From: Takakia lepidozioides
Taxonomy: Eukaryota > Plantae > Bryophyta
Assembly: GCA_030704615.1 (NCBI GenBank)
Contig: CM060731.1
Location: forward strand, 9,114,001 to 9,178,000
Length of the DNA stretch: 64,000 nucleotides
Direction: 5' to 3'
Shown here: piece by piece, positions 49,470-63,723 of the stretch
How the letters are laid out: every line of letters begins with the position of its first letter
How positions within the stretch are numbered: position 1 is the first letter of the stretch
Notes under the pieces: generated by a model
What the model saw: only the letters and a program-made list of their open reading frames with translations
Databases searched by the model: none
Told to the model about the DNA's origin: nothing
Made by a program: the position numbers and the translations under genes

Positions 49470-52400
49470 TTACTGTGGGTTGACATTGAAGGAACTCTTG
49501 AAGTTGAGATTGAACCACTTTTTCTTGTTAGTTTTATCAGATGTGGGATCTTCCCTGAGAAACCCTTCCTCAGAAGACATTGCTGCAGCATCCTTAGCTG
49601 CTACAGTGGAGTCATCACCTGCACCCTTGAGGTTCCTGCTGCTGCTAGTCTTTTTGGGGGTTGAAGGTGCCAAAGCAAATGAATCATGGATCTCCTCACG
49701 TGTTTTTAGCAGCTCATCCACCTGCAGATCAATACACTGATTGATAAAATAGACTGCTGTAAGTACTCTCACACCAAAAAAATATGTAGGAGTCCATGCA
49801 TGCCTTCATATACATACAGTATGTGTACCAGTGTGTGATGACAGATTTAATTTTCATCTCATTGTCCCACAGGACTCAGGCTTGTCCTTATGAACCTCAT
49901 TGATCCAAATGACAGTTGTATCAGCCAGATGTAGCTGAAAATAGCAATGGAGGCAAGATTTGCATTTGGCTTTTCACATGCATGCTTATTTCCTCCCCTT
50001 GCGAAGCACAAGCGTCTGATTACATCCAGGGGAGCCTAAATATTTCTAATGTAGGTGGTGATCTACAGCAATGTACACTAGGTTCATTCATTACAAACAC
50101 ATAGATCACCAGCTCCATTACTATTTGACAATCCATTCAGATCTGAACATGTGCACATCACCCTCTGTGTTGAGGCAGACATATACATGGTAACATGACC
50201 CAAGGTATGTCAGGTCAACTTCCACATAAAGTTTTCCTCAAAGACAAAAAATATCAAAGGTTTGTCAACCTTACGCAACTGCAGTGGTCAAATTACCCAT
50301 TGTTTTTCTTGAGTAAATTTGTTGGCGACTGCTGTATATTGAGCCAAAGCCTGCACATTGATGTTTCAAAGAGCGTAAGAGTTACAAATATCAAAAATTG
50401 AGAGCAAATGAGGCGATAGGAAGGAAAGAAACAAAGTTTAAAAATAGAAATTTATCTACCTCGCGATACTCTATCTCAAATTGGCGAAGCTCATTGTGTT
50501 TGGTCAAAATTCGTGCCTCTACATCCTTCAACTTTTCAACAGTCTCTGAAAACATCTTAGCACATATGGCCTCGATTGTGTAGCTGGTACTTTTGAAGAA
50601 ATTGTCGCCTGCATACATGCACCTGACTTGTGAGAGCCTTAACAACTACTGGTCACGAGACTGACAAAATCAGCAATAATGCTCAGACACTGGTAGCTTC
50701 ACCAGTTCTGTCTGTTTCTGTGCCTCAACTTTGCCTACTTTCCCCATATTCAATCTAATCTCTAACCCCATAACAGATCCAGGAGATTTTCTTGGAAGTG
50801 TGAATTCGGTATTTAGGTGCATACTGTAAGGTAACTTGATAGGCAAAAACTGTTGGAAACAGTAAGGCATACCTTTGTTTTCATATTCTTTTCGCTTCAA
50901 ATCTCATACATTTTCAAGGCTCTTCTGATAGCTACATTAGATAATGCTCAACCCCTACATTTCTCCTTTGCTCTCATCTTTCTCCGCAAAGGAATCACTA
51001 CTACAGACCCCTTGGTAATCCCACACACGGCACAACTCAAATAATAAAATGCACAATGAAAACCAATGAGAAATTTTTCCAACCATCTCTCTCTTTCTTG
51101 ATCTTGGGCTTTCTCTGAAAAGACTCTACTTCATTCTTATGCCTCATCCCTACCTCTTAATACTCATGGAAGTATTATGACATAGGGAAGGTTCGTGAAC
51201 GAATAAACTTCTTTGATCATCCATGGATCATTATTGATCGCTCTATGGTGGGACGCATTTCTTGTATTGTTTTCTGGTCATACTGCTGGTAGACAGCATT
51301 TTGGACATGTAATTCAATAGTATTATGGGAGCTCAAGCTACTTTCCCCATTCTGGTTTTTAGACTTATGCCATACGAGAGGTATGAGGCACCGCTGAGAC
51401 ATTCTATCAGACCATTCGCTCTATATGTACAACTGTGTCTGGACATCAGGTCCAGGAGTCACAAAAAATAGGTAAGGAAGCACTCACCATATACAGCAAA
51501 AATGTGAGTGCCAGCTTTCAACTCTGACATTTCACAAGGCTGCAAACCCTCCAATTTCTTGAAAAAGGCGGCATCCCGATCCTTGGCTATCGCTAGCTGC
51601 ACCCAAAATACTCCTGCTTGGAACCCTTTCTACATGATAGCAACAAAGCAACTTGAACCTCCTTCTACTGGCATTGGTATCAGCCTTAGGCCATTAAGTG
51701 GTATGAACCATTTTGCATTTACTTACTGCGTTCACAGTTTGATCCAGCCGATAGACTTGGAAATGTAGGAAATACATGCCAGCTGAAGTACCCCTCCCTG
51801 TTTTCACACTGTCCTCCTGCACAGCCAATACTGCCAGACCAGGATAAATGTGACCATACCTTCACCACTTCTAGGGTAGTGGACAGTTAGAAAAAACGAG
51901 AAGGGAAACAGAAAAGAATGTAGGGGGGTGGCGGGGGTTGGGGAGATATTAAGCTATGCTTATCTGTCTCTGATGAGAAGTGTGCGTGCAAGATGCAGAA
52001 GGCAAGGACCTGGACTTTCATCATGGGGATTAAGAAAGATGTGTGACTGTTCAAGAAATTCCCTAAGCAAAGTGTTTGTTGCTAATCCGAACCGTGCCCC
52101 CATGATTGGATGTTCACGACTCATTGGCATACCCACTAATGGCTAAATTTCCACAACTACGAGTCAATGCATGCACCTGCACCATCAGAAATTGAACCTC
52201 TTATCACCACGGTGGAACAATTTGATAACAGGGATTTTTCCAGCATTTTCATAGCTCCAGAAGCAACGAGGATCTAAATCAATGGAACAAAGCACAAGCA
52301 CTGAGATGTTGGGGCCAGTACCTTTAGGGCCAATCCTAGCCCACCATTCTCTTCTTGCTCAAAATACAACAGCTGTCCAAACAGGGTGCATCAAAACATC

Positions 52401-55400
52401 AGGTAGATTGCTCTACAAGACCACTTGTGACACAATGACTGGACGGCATCGGCTGCCAACTGAGAATGGGGTCACAACTGCAAGTCTGCCTTAGCACAGC
52501 GCCCACCAAAGCATACAGCACAGCCTGTACACCATAGGACCTCTCGAGACTCCAGCTACTCACATTCAGAAACGCAAACCAGACTTCCCCAAATCTCAAA
52601 AAGTAAGACATCAGACTCACACAAGCAAAGGAGAATCTGAATTCAATTCACATGGGTTATTTGATATCAGAAGGCAGAACACCACGTTGTCTAGTTGCAA
52701 TAGCTCTGGTGATAAGAGTTGAAAACATCTGGAAGTGAGATGAACATTTGTAGACCTTAAATTTGCTGTGGGCAGCTGATGTCACACGGATCACAACACC
52801 TACAGCCGCTTGTGCATCTGAAAGAGTAATACCAAAAAAGTGTGCCCCCTGCTTCTCCACCTGGTGAGTTTCAAAAGACTATATAAGTTGTCCTCAAACA
52901 GAGCTTCAGAAGTCACCCCCCTCTAACCAAGTCTAATCGTTCCTGAATATGCCCTAAATCTATCTTAAGGGTTCAGTGTTAACAACCTATATCCTTCCAT
53001 TTGGTTGATCCAATACTTTGAAAGATAGGTCTCGTTCAACATTGGGCTGGCATGATTGTACTGGGAGCTCCAGGGATGATTAATCTGGCCCACATGAAAA
53101 ACATAACACAAAAATTGGAGAAGGCCCGCACCTTATCATTCACATATCGTCCCAAGGGAAGTGGTCTAATGGTCACGGTTCCAAGGAGTGCATCTTCCAA
53201 TACACTGACTGATATACTTGTCTTGATGGGGACCCCTAATTTGCTGCAAAAGAAACCCCAGAGCCCGAACTCAATTGGATCAAAATTCCAGGATTCATTC
53301 TTTGTGAGGTAAGAGAAGAAGAGGAGAAGACGCCCTTAGAGATTTTTTGTGAGGCAGACCATCATCCAGAAATTCGCAGCTTAATTGGAGCTGTCCAGTT
53401 TGGGGCTCCTTTGCGGTGGTAAATAGTGGGGTTACAGAGTTTAGAAGGGTAGTTTAGGCCTCAACGGAAAACTCTGATTGAGCCAAGGAAATCTGTCTGG
53501 CCCATTGCATCGAGTGCCGCCAATTTACATTACTACAGGTATTTGCACCTCAGTAGACAGTGGAAATGACCGTGCCAAACGCTGATGAAAAGAGTCAAGC
53601 TGGTGGGGAAAGAAGTGACGACCAGACATGCCCCAACACCAACTGTGAGAACAAAACTTTGCCAGAAGGATGGAATGCAAGAAGTATCAATCCTAAAATC
53701 TGACAGAATTCAGACTGAGACTGCTGGATATGGTGGGAACCAAGCCAGTAGCTATGTAGACCACAAATGGTTGGGGCTAATTTTGGCAACTGCTCTGGCA
53801 ATGGAGGGAGCCAAGAAAGGATGGCAGCAGCAACGAAGAAGACCAAAGTAAAGGTTTCAACAACAACCTTGATGGGTACCATGATCCATTGAGAGAGGAT
53901 AACAATGTACATTGCTTGGAAGCATGAGCTACATCTCATCCCTGCCATTAAAGATCAGCTCCCAGAGCTCTTTGGAAGCATTGGTCAGGTTGCATGGCTT
54001 AAGCAGGGCGAGATGTTCCTGCATGCTATGGAGATCCCTCAGCCACATACTCTGCAGGCGGACTACGAGATGACATAAAGGCCACAATGTCTTCAAAATC
54101 TGCACTCCAGGCTCTCGTGAGTGGGGCCTGGAGGTGGATGCTTTGGAGGTGGGGCAGTGTTTCAGGCAGCCACCAGAGGGAACTGGTGGTGGTCCGGAGT
54201 ACAAAGGATGGAGGGGGGTTACTGTTCTTGCCCTCATTAATAGTCAAACAGATCGTGCTTTAGAGGAGTGTGCTCAAGGGGTGCGAACCACTATCCAGAT
54301 CGGCTTGCTCATTTCAATCCTACTTAGTTTGCACGAGTGTGGATATGAAGATAGCAAGGAGGTTTATGAGGTGAAGCAAAATAGTGACTCCCAAATTGCA
54401 AGTCTGGGGACTGAACTGCACGGTATGATCGTCAAAGATTACATGCTGTACAGAAATGGTGATCCATTAAACAGCAATGACGACAATTGTTGTTAAGGGC
54501 ACAACTGCTTGTGCCTTCTGCAGTAGACCTACACCTGCAGGGCACTATGAATAAATTGCATTCTTTATAATCACATGAACCATCAAGATTCAATGATGTT
54601 TTTGGTCATTCCTGCAGTGACAGTCGGCAACCGTTTCCAATTGGAGCAATCCAACATGACCCTTTGCCTTGTTTTCCCCCTCTCAGACAGAATCCCTGAA
54701 AAACACACCTGAACAGTGCAGCGAACATGGTATTCACTGTTCCCAGATTTGAAAGGTCCAGCTCCATGTCCATTTCCAAGTTGTCCAGATCTGCTGCCTG
54801 TACAAAAAGATTTAAAGGGCAATTCAGTATATTTTTCAGTTGGGTAGCTCAAGGGTTCAAACATAAAGAGGTTCATCCTTGTGGACAACCATCTGGCATG
54901 CATGGGGAAGGCTCCGGCCTTTTCTACGGAAAACGGAACCTCAGACTTATAAGGAGACCCTCCGTCAGCAACCTAGATCAAGACATACTTGGGGAGTTTG
55001 GGCATAGCGATGCCAACTCACCAAGGATTAGTGGTGCTCAACTATGACTCAAATTCAAAAACCAAAGCTACAAACTGCCCAGTCTACGACTGCCTTCGCT
55101 GCTCTACACTGTGGAACATTTGGAAAGTTAGATGTGCCTAGACCCTCTCGGGTACCACCTGCACTTTATCAACCTTGCTTTCTAGAGTATTTTGGGATTT
55201 GCAGATTGAAGGGAGGAACAGTAGCATTATAGAGATTCAACATGATTTGCCAAACAATAAAGCAACCTCCAATTATGCTCATGGATAGCATACAAAATTA
55301 GAAAGACGAGAATCTCTTAGCCAGAGTCCCACCTTCCCAAGCCCCCTCTTATCAATCAAGTTGGCTATCTGACCCCAAAAAATCCACCCTGTTGCTCAGC

Positions 55401-57004
55401 TGGGGCTGATATCCTAACAAACTTGGGGAAAAGAGAAACTACCTGAAATCCAGCAGCATCATACTGCCTCCTCTTCTCAGGATCAGAAAGTATGCCATAT
55501 GAATAGGCAACCTCCTTGAACTTTTCTGCAGCATCTGGGCTATTTGTGTTCTTGTCTGGGTGATACCTGCTCACCATAGCCACCATCAATAAGCAAGTGG
55601 AAACACCAGTAACAGCAAGGGTCAGCAGAATACATCCCATACCTATCTCTATATGCACCTCAGGAACAATGGCAGCTAGAGAAAGCTCTATCTCGTCAAT
55701 ATCACCTATTGCTTTTTGAAGGAGATCAATAATGTATCTAAAACCACGTGAACTGCTAATGTGCACCTCCCATGCCATCAGCATAGTAAAGAATTGGATC
55801 TCATGTGGATATGCTAACTTTGTATTTAGAAAAAAAACTAGTAAGAAACATCCTTGCCTCACACATCATAATCCCAAGAGCCTTTGGTCACTCCTGAAAC
55901 TTTACAAAAACTCGATCGTCATTTACACAATTGGCATGAATGCACAAAATCACTACGCCACACTCCCAATCAGCCTTCTTGCCTCTGTTTCCCAGACATC
56001 TCAAGTTTTCCGTTTTCACAATAATCACTGATACGTTTAACAGGGCAGTGCAATGGGGCTTTCAACAGAGTGGGCCAAAAGCATCATCCACCCCCTCTAT
56101 ATCAAAAGTAGGACGCTTTCCAGTAATTACCAAATAATAGTGGCCTCGTCATGATGGCCAAACTCTTTGGGACATTTGACGATTGGGCCGAGTCATCTGG
56201 TTTAGGAGCTTCCGGGCAAGCAGGATTTCGTCCTGTACTCTTGATCACATTTTCATTCTACAGAATTTGGTGGATCGGGCTGTTTATGACAAGAAGAGTG
56301 TATACATGTTTGGTGGACGTCTGGAAAGCGTTTGATTCTGTCCCTCAAGCCTTTTAGATAGACTACAAGGGATAGGGGTACCCAAGGACTTCATCTTGGC
56401 CATTTGGATCGGTGATCGAAGTGTCTTGGGATTTCGGAAGTGAAGTGGACATCAACATTGGGCTACTCTCTTAATCCTGGAGTAGGGATACCTTGGGGGG
56501 TCTTCATGCATGTGATGTTATCATGTTGGCACCATCTCCTGTTTTTCTACAACAACACCTCTGCGTCTAGGGGGGATTCACCGTAACTTATAGGCTGCAG
56601 GTGAACCTCAACAAAACCAAGAACGACCTTTGACGGGCTGGCCGATCGAAGATCCATCTTCAATCATTGCAAGGGTAGAATCATCCAGCTGCTGACAAGG
56701 GCAAGGCTAACTCACTCCGACGAAGGGAAATGCAAACAAATTCACCTCCGTCACCTCCCAAGAAATTGTGTTTTTCCAATTCTGTTGTCACTCCGCTGTA
56801 CTCTTTGATCTCAAAGAGTTCAAACTGGTGAAAAGACAGAGGCACAAAGACTAACTTCAAAGCCAGCTTCCGATAGGCACGTTTGATTTGTTGGTAGGTG
56901 GCCTCACGCGGCAAATCAAGAACCTCGTATGGATCTCGACGAGCACTGGAAGGCGTTCGTGTTACCGCCCCGCCCCCATCCTTGCCCATTCCGTCAGTCA
57001 TCAC
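49470..57004 (-). CDS. ARG1-like: ARG1/ARL-type DnaJ chaperone (dnaJ15/16-like), about 11 exons
   Basis: RRDPYEVL...YHPDKN; [21 protein letters not shown] (~54798-54710); KLGVPIKT; [10 protein letters not shown]; [16 protein letters not shown] (~52372-52322); [13 protein letters not shown]; [22 protein letters not shown]; GDNFFKS; [10 protein letters not shown]. Confidence 0.95.
56110..56620 (+). mobile_element. decayed LINE RT fragment in DnaJ intron 1
   Basis: GQAGFRP...[13 protein letters not shown] (RT domains 2-3), frameshifted. Confidence 0.75.
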
Positions 57005-58244
57005 TCCCTCTCACACGCGCGTCTCGACCGTCCGCGTACTCTGCTTAGCTCTTCTACATTACTACTTGCAAAACCTGTCTGCCACACTGAGCCATCCCTA
57101 GTCCTCCCTCCACAGAGCTACCGCGTGCCATCCATAGTCCAAGCTTCTGCTAACAGGACTGTAATGCAACATAACATGGATCTGTGAAGCCAATGCCAAA
57201 AATCCCCCGGGGCAAGCAAGGGCACGCTCCCTCTTCTGCACAGTGCAAAGGCAGGACATACATCTATGGACCTCCCGATCTCGAGGCATGCACATGCAAA
57301 TGCAAACCCTGGTAACAAGTAGAGATCTCCCTCGTGCCCTCGCAAGCCCGCGCGATGGGAGAGAAACAACAGTTTTCAAATCGTCTGGCGGCTAACCATG
57401 TGGATGAACAGTGCGATGAGATGAAAGAAATAGAACGGATGAACAGTAGTTGCATCCACAAGGACCGGAGACCGACGATTTCTGCCTGAATCTATGCTCC
57501 AGTTCTCGAGAGATACTTACGCGACAATGAAGCAGAGGCGGAGACAGCTTTTGAGAAAGGTGCTTCAGAAGCTTGACAAGGATGAGCGACCTGGGGGACT
57601 TGTCGCCAGCAGCAGAGACTATTTTACAGCAATGTACAAACCTACTGATATGAGATTCTGGAAAGAACCAGATATGCAGCTGTTGGTCGATAGGGAATGG
57701 ATGGCAGGTTACTTTAGACTTGAAATTTTTTGAAGAAGCAGAGGGCGTTGATCAAAGATACAATCATCGAAACTACTGAGAAGAAAGAGGAAGCACGAGA
57801 GGCAGATCATTGGAAAGTCACAAGCTTCATAGTCGACTGGCCAGAAACACTACGGGTAACCACCCCTTCCTAGCCAGCCGGCTGTGAGTAGAGCTGTATG
57901 CCGTATACATCCCCGGGTGTTAAAATCATCTTTTTCTTTGTCTCTTGATAGGCAGCCTGGCTGGTTGGGTGCTTGTACAAAGCTAGAGTTCCTTTCGCAT
58001 TGGCCCAGGTCCACAAATTACATTGGCGACAGTCCATTTCGGAAGGAGAGATGGAATTGTGGAATTCCACAGCTTTCGATATCTTATTCATAAGATACCG
58101 TAAAAGATATGAAACCACAAGTGACAGAGTGTCAGCAAATCAGTCATGATTCGAGTCTAGAGGAAACATCTCAATTTTAACTAATTCCGGACTTGAGATG
58201 AGTCCAGAAATAAGAAGGGGGGGAGATTGGGGCGGAGATGGAGC

Positions 58245-61200
58245 GGCAGAGGAGCTCCGCAGTTTGCGGTGAGAGAGAGACCCCCAACGGTCTCTTCGTC
58301 TCTCTCGCTGCCTCGCCTTCGCGACCGCTTCTGGCGTGGCTGAACCAACAATCTTTCAGGACGGACAACTCAATCCTAATACTTTTTTTCTTTGCACTTG
58401 CTTTAACTGATTTCCATTGCACTTGTTTTTTCATGCACCTGCTCACTCCTCTTGTCCTCTCATCATCCTTCTATTTATCATCACCTTCACATCTAAAAAT
58501 CATCAAACGTCCTTCATTGACCTGACCTCTATCTTAACTCCTTGTCTATTAAGCGGCGTCATTCATCAGCTCCGAATCTCCCACACCTTAGCTGCCGTCG
58601 TCACCTTCAAGTCCTATAACTTTCCCTCTGCCACTTGGTCGGCCCCCCAATCGCCACCCTGTCAACCAAGCCCACACTGCTTCCTCATTTCTGAGTCAAG
58701 TTATTCGCGCGATATCTACACTGCTTCCTCTTCTCCTCGCTGGTGCCCGTGCCTGCTCCTCCTCAACCTCTTGCTATTCTCACAACGATGGGGCCCCTCA
58801 ACTCATCCCATCTCAGGAATGGCAACAAGCACTGGAAGCGCCCGCTATCACGTCCCCCTAGATTCCCTCACGCATTCCGTCCCCAACCCTCCTCTGGGAC
58901 AGGCTTTTTTCTGGCCTACCAGGCACAGTCATCCCTCCCGATTCACCCGCAGCTGATGGAGCCCACCACCCCAGCTCGATTCTTCGACCGTGCAGCTCAG
59001 ATTCCTCCCGATCCGAGCAGACAGCCCACGCAACTCCAGCAACGCCCGGATCTGCCCCCCCCCCAGTCGATCTGCTTGATCAAATCAACGACAACGTAGA
59101 AGAACAGGAGACAATGAATGGAAATTTCCTAATGGTGGATATGGACATCGACGAAATGCTCACAAGGGTCACGGACATGGAGGACAATGGGATCCTGCTT
59201 CACTTCCCCGGAAGGAAAGTATCAAGGGCTCATGTGAGGGATTGGGCATGCCGTCACCTGGGGGGATCTGGAAAACTGAACCAGCACTTCTGTCGTGCCA
59301 AAGGTAGGGGCTTCTTCACCATCGTTTTTGAATCCAAGGAAGCGGCAGCTCAAGCCTTGAACTTCAACCCCCACCTCAATGGGCTGAACGTTAACATATT
59401 CCCTTGGTCGTCTAGGATGGGGAATCGAAATGGCAAGCTTTGGGGGCCTAGAATTGTCACTATCCCTTCCATACCTGTATAACCTGCCAGACATTGCCAA
59501 GCTCTTTGGCTATTTCCTTGGCTGCATTTCTGTGTTTGATCCTGTCATGAGCATTGATAAGATCAGGAAAAACAAAGCTTGGAAATCCGCAACAATCGCT
59601 TCAAGATTAAATGATTCTGGTAGTGCTAAAATGGTTATTATGATGCCAAATGAAGATACAATCCCGCCCTTTGTAAGGCTGCCCATTGACAAAGAAGGCA
59701 ACTACTACACCATTAGGCTTGTGGAGGATACCGCATCCATGGCATGTTTCAACTGCGGCAAAGCGGGCCACATCAAAGCGGATTGTAAGGAAGGGAAACG
59801 GAAAAGAGGAGGAGAAAGAGCCAGCAACTCTTCTCCTGCCCCGACCCACCACCCAGGGGAAAACTCCACTCAGGTCAGGACACACCTCGTAGGAGCCAGA
59901 GGCACCCCCTATTCATCGGATGACCCCGCAGATCTGCTGCAAATCAAGAGTCCAATGAATAACCCAGGCTCGGGATCACAACACATCAGCCCCACTCTTC
60001 CAGCTCCTAAGAAAGTCCGGGACTCTACAGACCCAATGAGACTGGAATCAGCACATGTAAAGGCAACATGGGCCAGCAAAGGCAAATGGATACCCGTAGG
60101 AGGGGTTCTGCAAACACCCACCCCACCTCCGGCTGATTCGGCAATTCTTCCCAACAGATCACCGCAGCCTTCCAACACTATGGTCACCACGGGAATTGCA
60201 TGCCACTCTGCTATTGCCAAGACACTTGCAGGTATCAAAACATTCTCAGGCTTGTCCCTCAGCAGCTCCTCAGATATCGACTTCCAGGACATCCCAAAGG
60301 CTTCCTGCATTTCCCCACTAATTTTCAAGAAAGGACCGCCAATGTCCTTTCTTCTCACTGAAGCGGCTTGGGGGGACTTTGCTTCTCTATGGATCACCGT
60401 GCAAAATGTCCGACAGTTCATTGCAAATAGCTCACCCACCAATTGCCCCGAAAATATGCTTTAAAAAAAAATTCAAGAATTATTTGTGGCTTTTCAACCG
60501 CACTACCACTTGTCAGGCACCACCAAAGTCTCCTGGGGTTCCTTCTTGGTTAAATTCCCAAGGCTCAGTTGTAACCCTGTAGCACACATCCTGGCTCTTA
60601 TGGAAGAAGCAAATATCTACGGGACGCAGCCACCTACAGGTTCATCTTGGGTACGGAAAAACATTCTATCAGAACCAAGAGGGGCTGCCAAACTCAAGCC
60701 AAGGTTCAGAGAAACTCTCACCAATGCCTTTGCTATGCTAGAATCAATTGTGGAAGCAAAAGTAGATGAGGAAAACCACAAAGGAGACCTCCAGCGAACA
60801 CGGGACCACCTCTATGGGGCTAGGCCCCCGCCCTCGCCATCTTCCTCATCGAGTGTTTCTGCCCACTCTGTGGCGCCTGCCCCCTCAATGCCAAGTCAAC
60901 CAGCAGCATCAGGCCCTTCGCAGCAAGACACCACACATTCTCCTGCCTCTCCAGCTACTGCCCATCAAGCTCTTCCTCCACTTCAGCCTGCAGTTCCAAC
61001 TCCGGAGCCCAACATGGAAGATGTCATCACCAAAATGGACCAGGTTCCACATAACCCCTCCCCTTGCTTCATTTTTTATGCTGACAAAAGAGACTCTAAA
61101 TGTTGTTGGCTCCTCTGTCGCAATGAATCCTCCTCAAAATCTGTCTGCAGACATATTCCATCCATCTCTCTTCCTGCTTCTCTCTTAATACCCTTCTCCA

Positions 61201-63184
61201 ACCAACTCATCCACAACATCCCCATTCCCCCTCTTCTTCTCCCTCTCCCTTCCGACTTCTGCTTGGCTTCAAGGTATGTGAGATAAGTGTGATCATCACA
61301 TCGGGGAGATTCAATTCGAGTCTGATACGCAACAAGACATTTGGTTAAAGCTTTGGTTTTCCTAGAGCGTTCTAGAGCCAAATCCCTGCTCATGGTTTGA
61401 GCAGTCGCATTGACTGCCTTGAGCCTAGCTTGAAACCTTTCAATAGGGTCTTGAAGGTGGGTGCCAGATTGGGACGAAGACGTTTTGAGCCTTTGTTTAA
61501 CGGAGGGGATTTTGAGGAGAGAGATATTAAGTTTGTAGATACCTTTACCTCTGGATTGGGTGTTTGGGATTTTTAGAGAAGCAAAAATGGTCGAAACCTT
61601 GCAAGATTGGGGTTTGGGGGTTCCTAGTTATCCATTGGACAATATTTAAAGAGCAGTAAAATCGGTCTAGCCTAGCCATTTGAAGGTTTGGTAAGGTTCT
61701 GTTATTTGACCAGGTGAAGGTCGGAATTTGGGTTGTTGTCGGTACGTTCTGGGAAATAGAGATAGCTTCCACTAGATTGTGTGAATGAGAGAGGTTGTTC
61801 CAGTTATCCATTTCTGGCGTAGTTGGGTTAAAGGCGGAAGGGCATCTGCGGTCTTCTGGGGCCTCACCCATGTTGCAGTCTCCCATGATCACCCAACCGT
61901 CTACGTGGTCGACATCTTTCCTCTTGTTTTCCAGGGCAGTCCAGAAGTCTGCCCTTTCAGTGGAGTTGGGTGCATAGACGTTGACTATGCCCAGTGTTCT
62001 TGCGTTGTTGGGTAGGTCCAGGGCACAGAATTGGGCCCTTCCCGGAACCCATGAAGCCTCGCAATGGAGGCGGGAGTGGAGAGACGGAGAGAGGAGGATC
62101 GGTACCCCCTCTTTGAACCTGTGGATGTTGGCTTCCAGAGAGAGAGTTGTTGATTGGCCAAAGATGGTCAGTGAGGTGGGAAATTTTCTGGGTATCTAGT
62201 TTGTGTTCTTGAAAGGAAATGATGGCATTTTGGCGGAGCATTGGATGCAGCCAGTTCCTAAGCTTGACGCTTTTTAGGGAGTCTGGGCCTTGCCCCAACC
62301 CCTTGATGTTCCATGAGGATAAGTTAATCAACATGTGGGTGGAATAGCAGGCTGAGGGTGTTAATCTCATTCGATGGCCCAGGGTTGTCAAAGAAGAAGC
62401 GGACCCTACGATTTGTCGGGAGTAAAGAGTTGACCCATCGGTAGGTGGGGGGTGGTTTGGGCAGGAGCTTCCTGACCTTGATCATAACCACATTGGTTTG
62501 GGTAGATGGGTCAGACAAGGCAGGAGGCGGTGGAGATGGGACGAACTGGCTGGGGTTTGAGTAGATTGTGTCGATGGATAACAGATGGGTGTAGGTAAGG
62601 AAGAATTTAGAATCCCTCCAATCCCTCCAAGAACAGAAACTAAAGCTCCAAGCAGGAGTCAACTGGTCAACCAAGGGGGGGAAAATGTCAACTTTGACGA
62701 GACTAGGTTACGCAAAGCCTCTCAAAACATTACAAGAACTAATTGACCAATCCACTAGCATTTCTGCCTCAACCCCAAAACAGCTTTCCACCCTAGCAAA
62801 GATCCACTTTACAAATCTCTTCCAAAGTGACTCTCATGGAGATCTAACCCTCTCTCCACACCAACAAATATGCCTGCAATCCACCCCATCCTTGTTACAT
62901 CCAAACCTATCTGCTCCCCTCGAAGGGGAGCTCACTCTGATGGAACTAGAAACAACGTTGCGCAAAATGCACAATGGGAAATCCCCGGGCATCGATGGAA
63001 TCCCAGTGGAATTCTACAAATGCCTCTGGCCTGAAATCTCCAGCAATTTTCTCTCCATGGCCAACTAGATCTTCCGCTGTGGCATTATGCCAGAAAATTT
63101 GTCCCAAGGAGTCATTAATCTCCTCTTCAAAAAAGGAGACCGCACCAATATCTCCAACTACCGTCCCATCACCCTCCTAAATGA
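58245..63184 (+). mobile_element. L1-type LINE (ORF1 with zinc knuckle, APE endonuclease, start of RT), internally inverted at 61257-62638 and 3'-truncated
   Basis: KGRGFFTIVFES and CFNCGKAGHIKADC (ORF1, +); SWNIKGLG, SFQEHKL, MGDCN, MARLDRFY (EN, - strand); KSPGIDGIPVEFYK, NYRPITLLN (RT, +). The 5' boundary is approximate. Confidence 0.92.
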
Positions 63185-63387
63185 TAGAGGTGTCCAACCA
63201 CATAAAAGAATATCTCTACACGCATTTGTATGTTGGGTATGCATGCATACCTGTATCAAATCATACACATCATGGTAGTATATGTTTGCATGGGCATGCA
63301 CGTGTGGAGGACATGTGGCTCTACAATCTTATTGGATGAACAAAGAGGTAAAAATGCATTGGGAGCAGAGTAACTGCACTTTTCATA

Positions 63388-63723
63388 CCTCTTTGACTAC
63401 TTTGGGGCACAGCCATTCACGAACTTTAAAATTTCTTGTTGGACACCAAACAAGGCCAACCAAATTAGCATTGAAAAATACATCCCTCAGATGCTAATTT
63501 TCTGGATGTCATAATCTTCAAGAGGCCATCTTGTAATGTTGTACCAGAAACTATATAGGTCCTTATCTGCTCAACAGTCTTGTTGGCTATTGGGCAGATG
63601 GATGCTTACCACAACGGTTCCCAAAAGGCATATCACATAAGACGCGGTCCACGCAGCCGGTGCGTAGCGCCAGGCGCCCTGCATCCCATTGGACCACATC
63701 ACATGGCCCTGAAGCTCCACTTC
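63388..63723 (-). CDS. internal exon(s) of a THUMPD2/3-like (UPF0020) RNA methyltransferase; gene starts outside window
   Basis: Exon 63723-63610 encodes VVQWDAGRLALRTGCVDRVLCDMPFGNRC (DMPFG motif IV); possible next exon ~63434-63388 (NFKVREWLCPKVVKE; splice phase unresolved). Confidence 0.7.

Noticed and set aside
57494-57850. Short ORF divergent from the DnaJ gene
   Set aside because: Looks coding-like but has no recognisable motif or clear gene structure.
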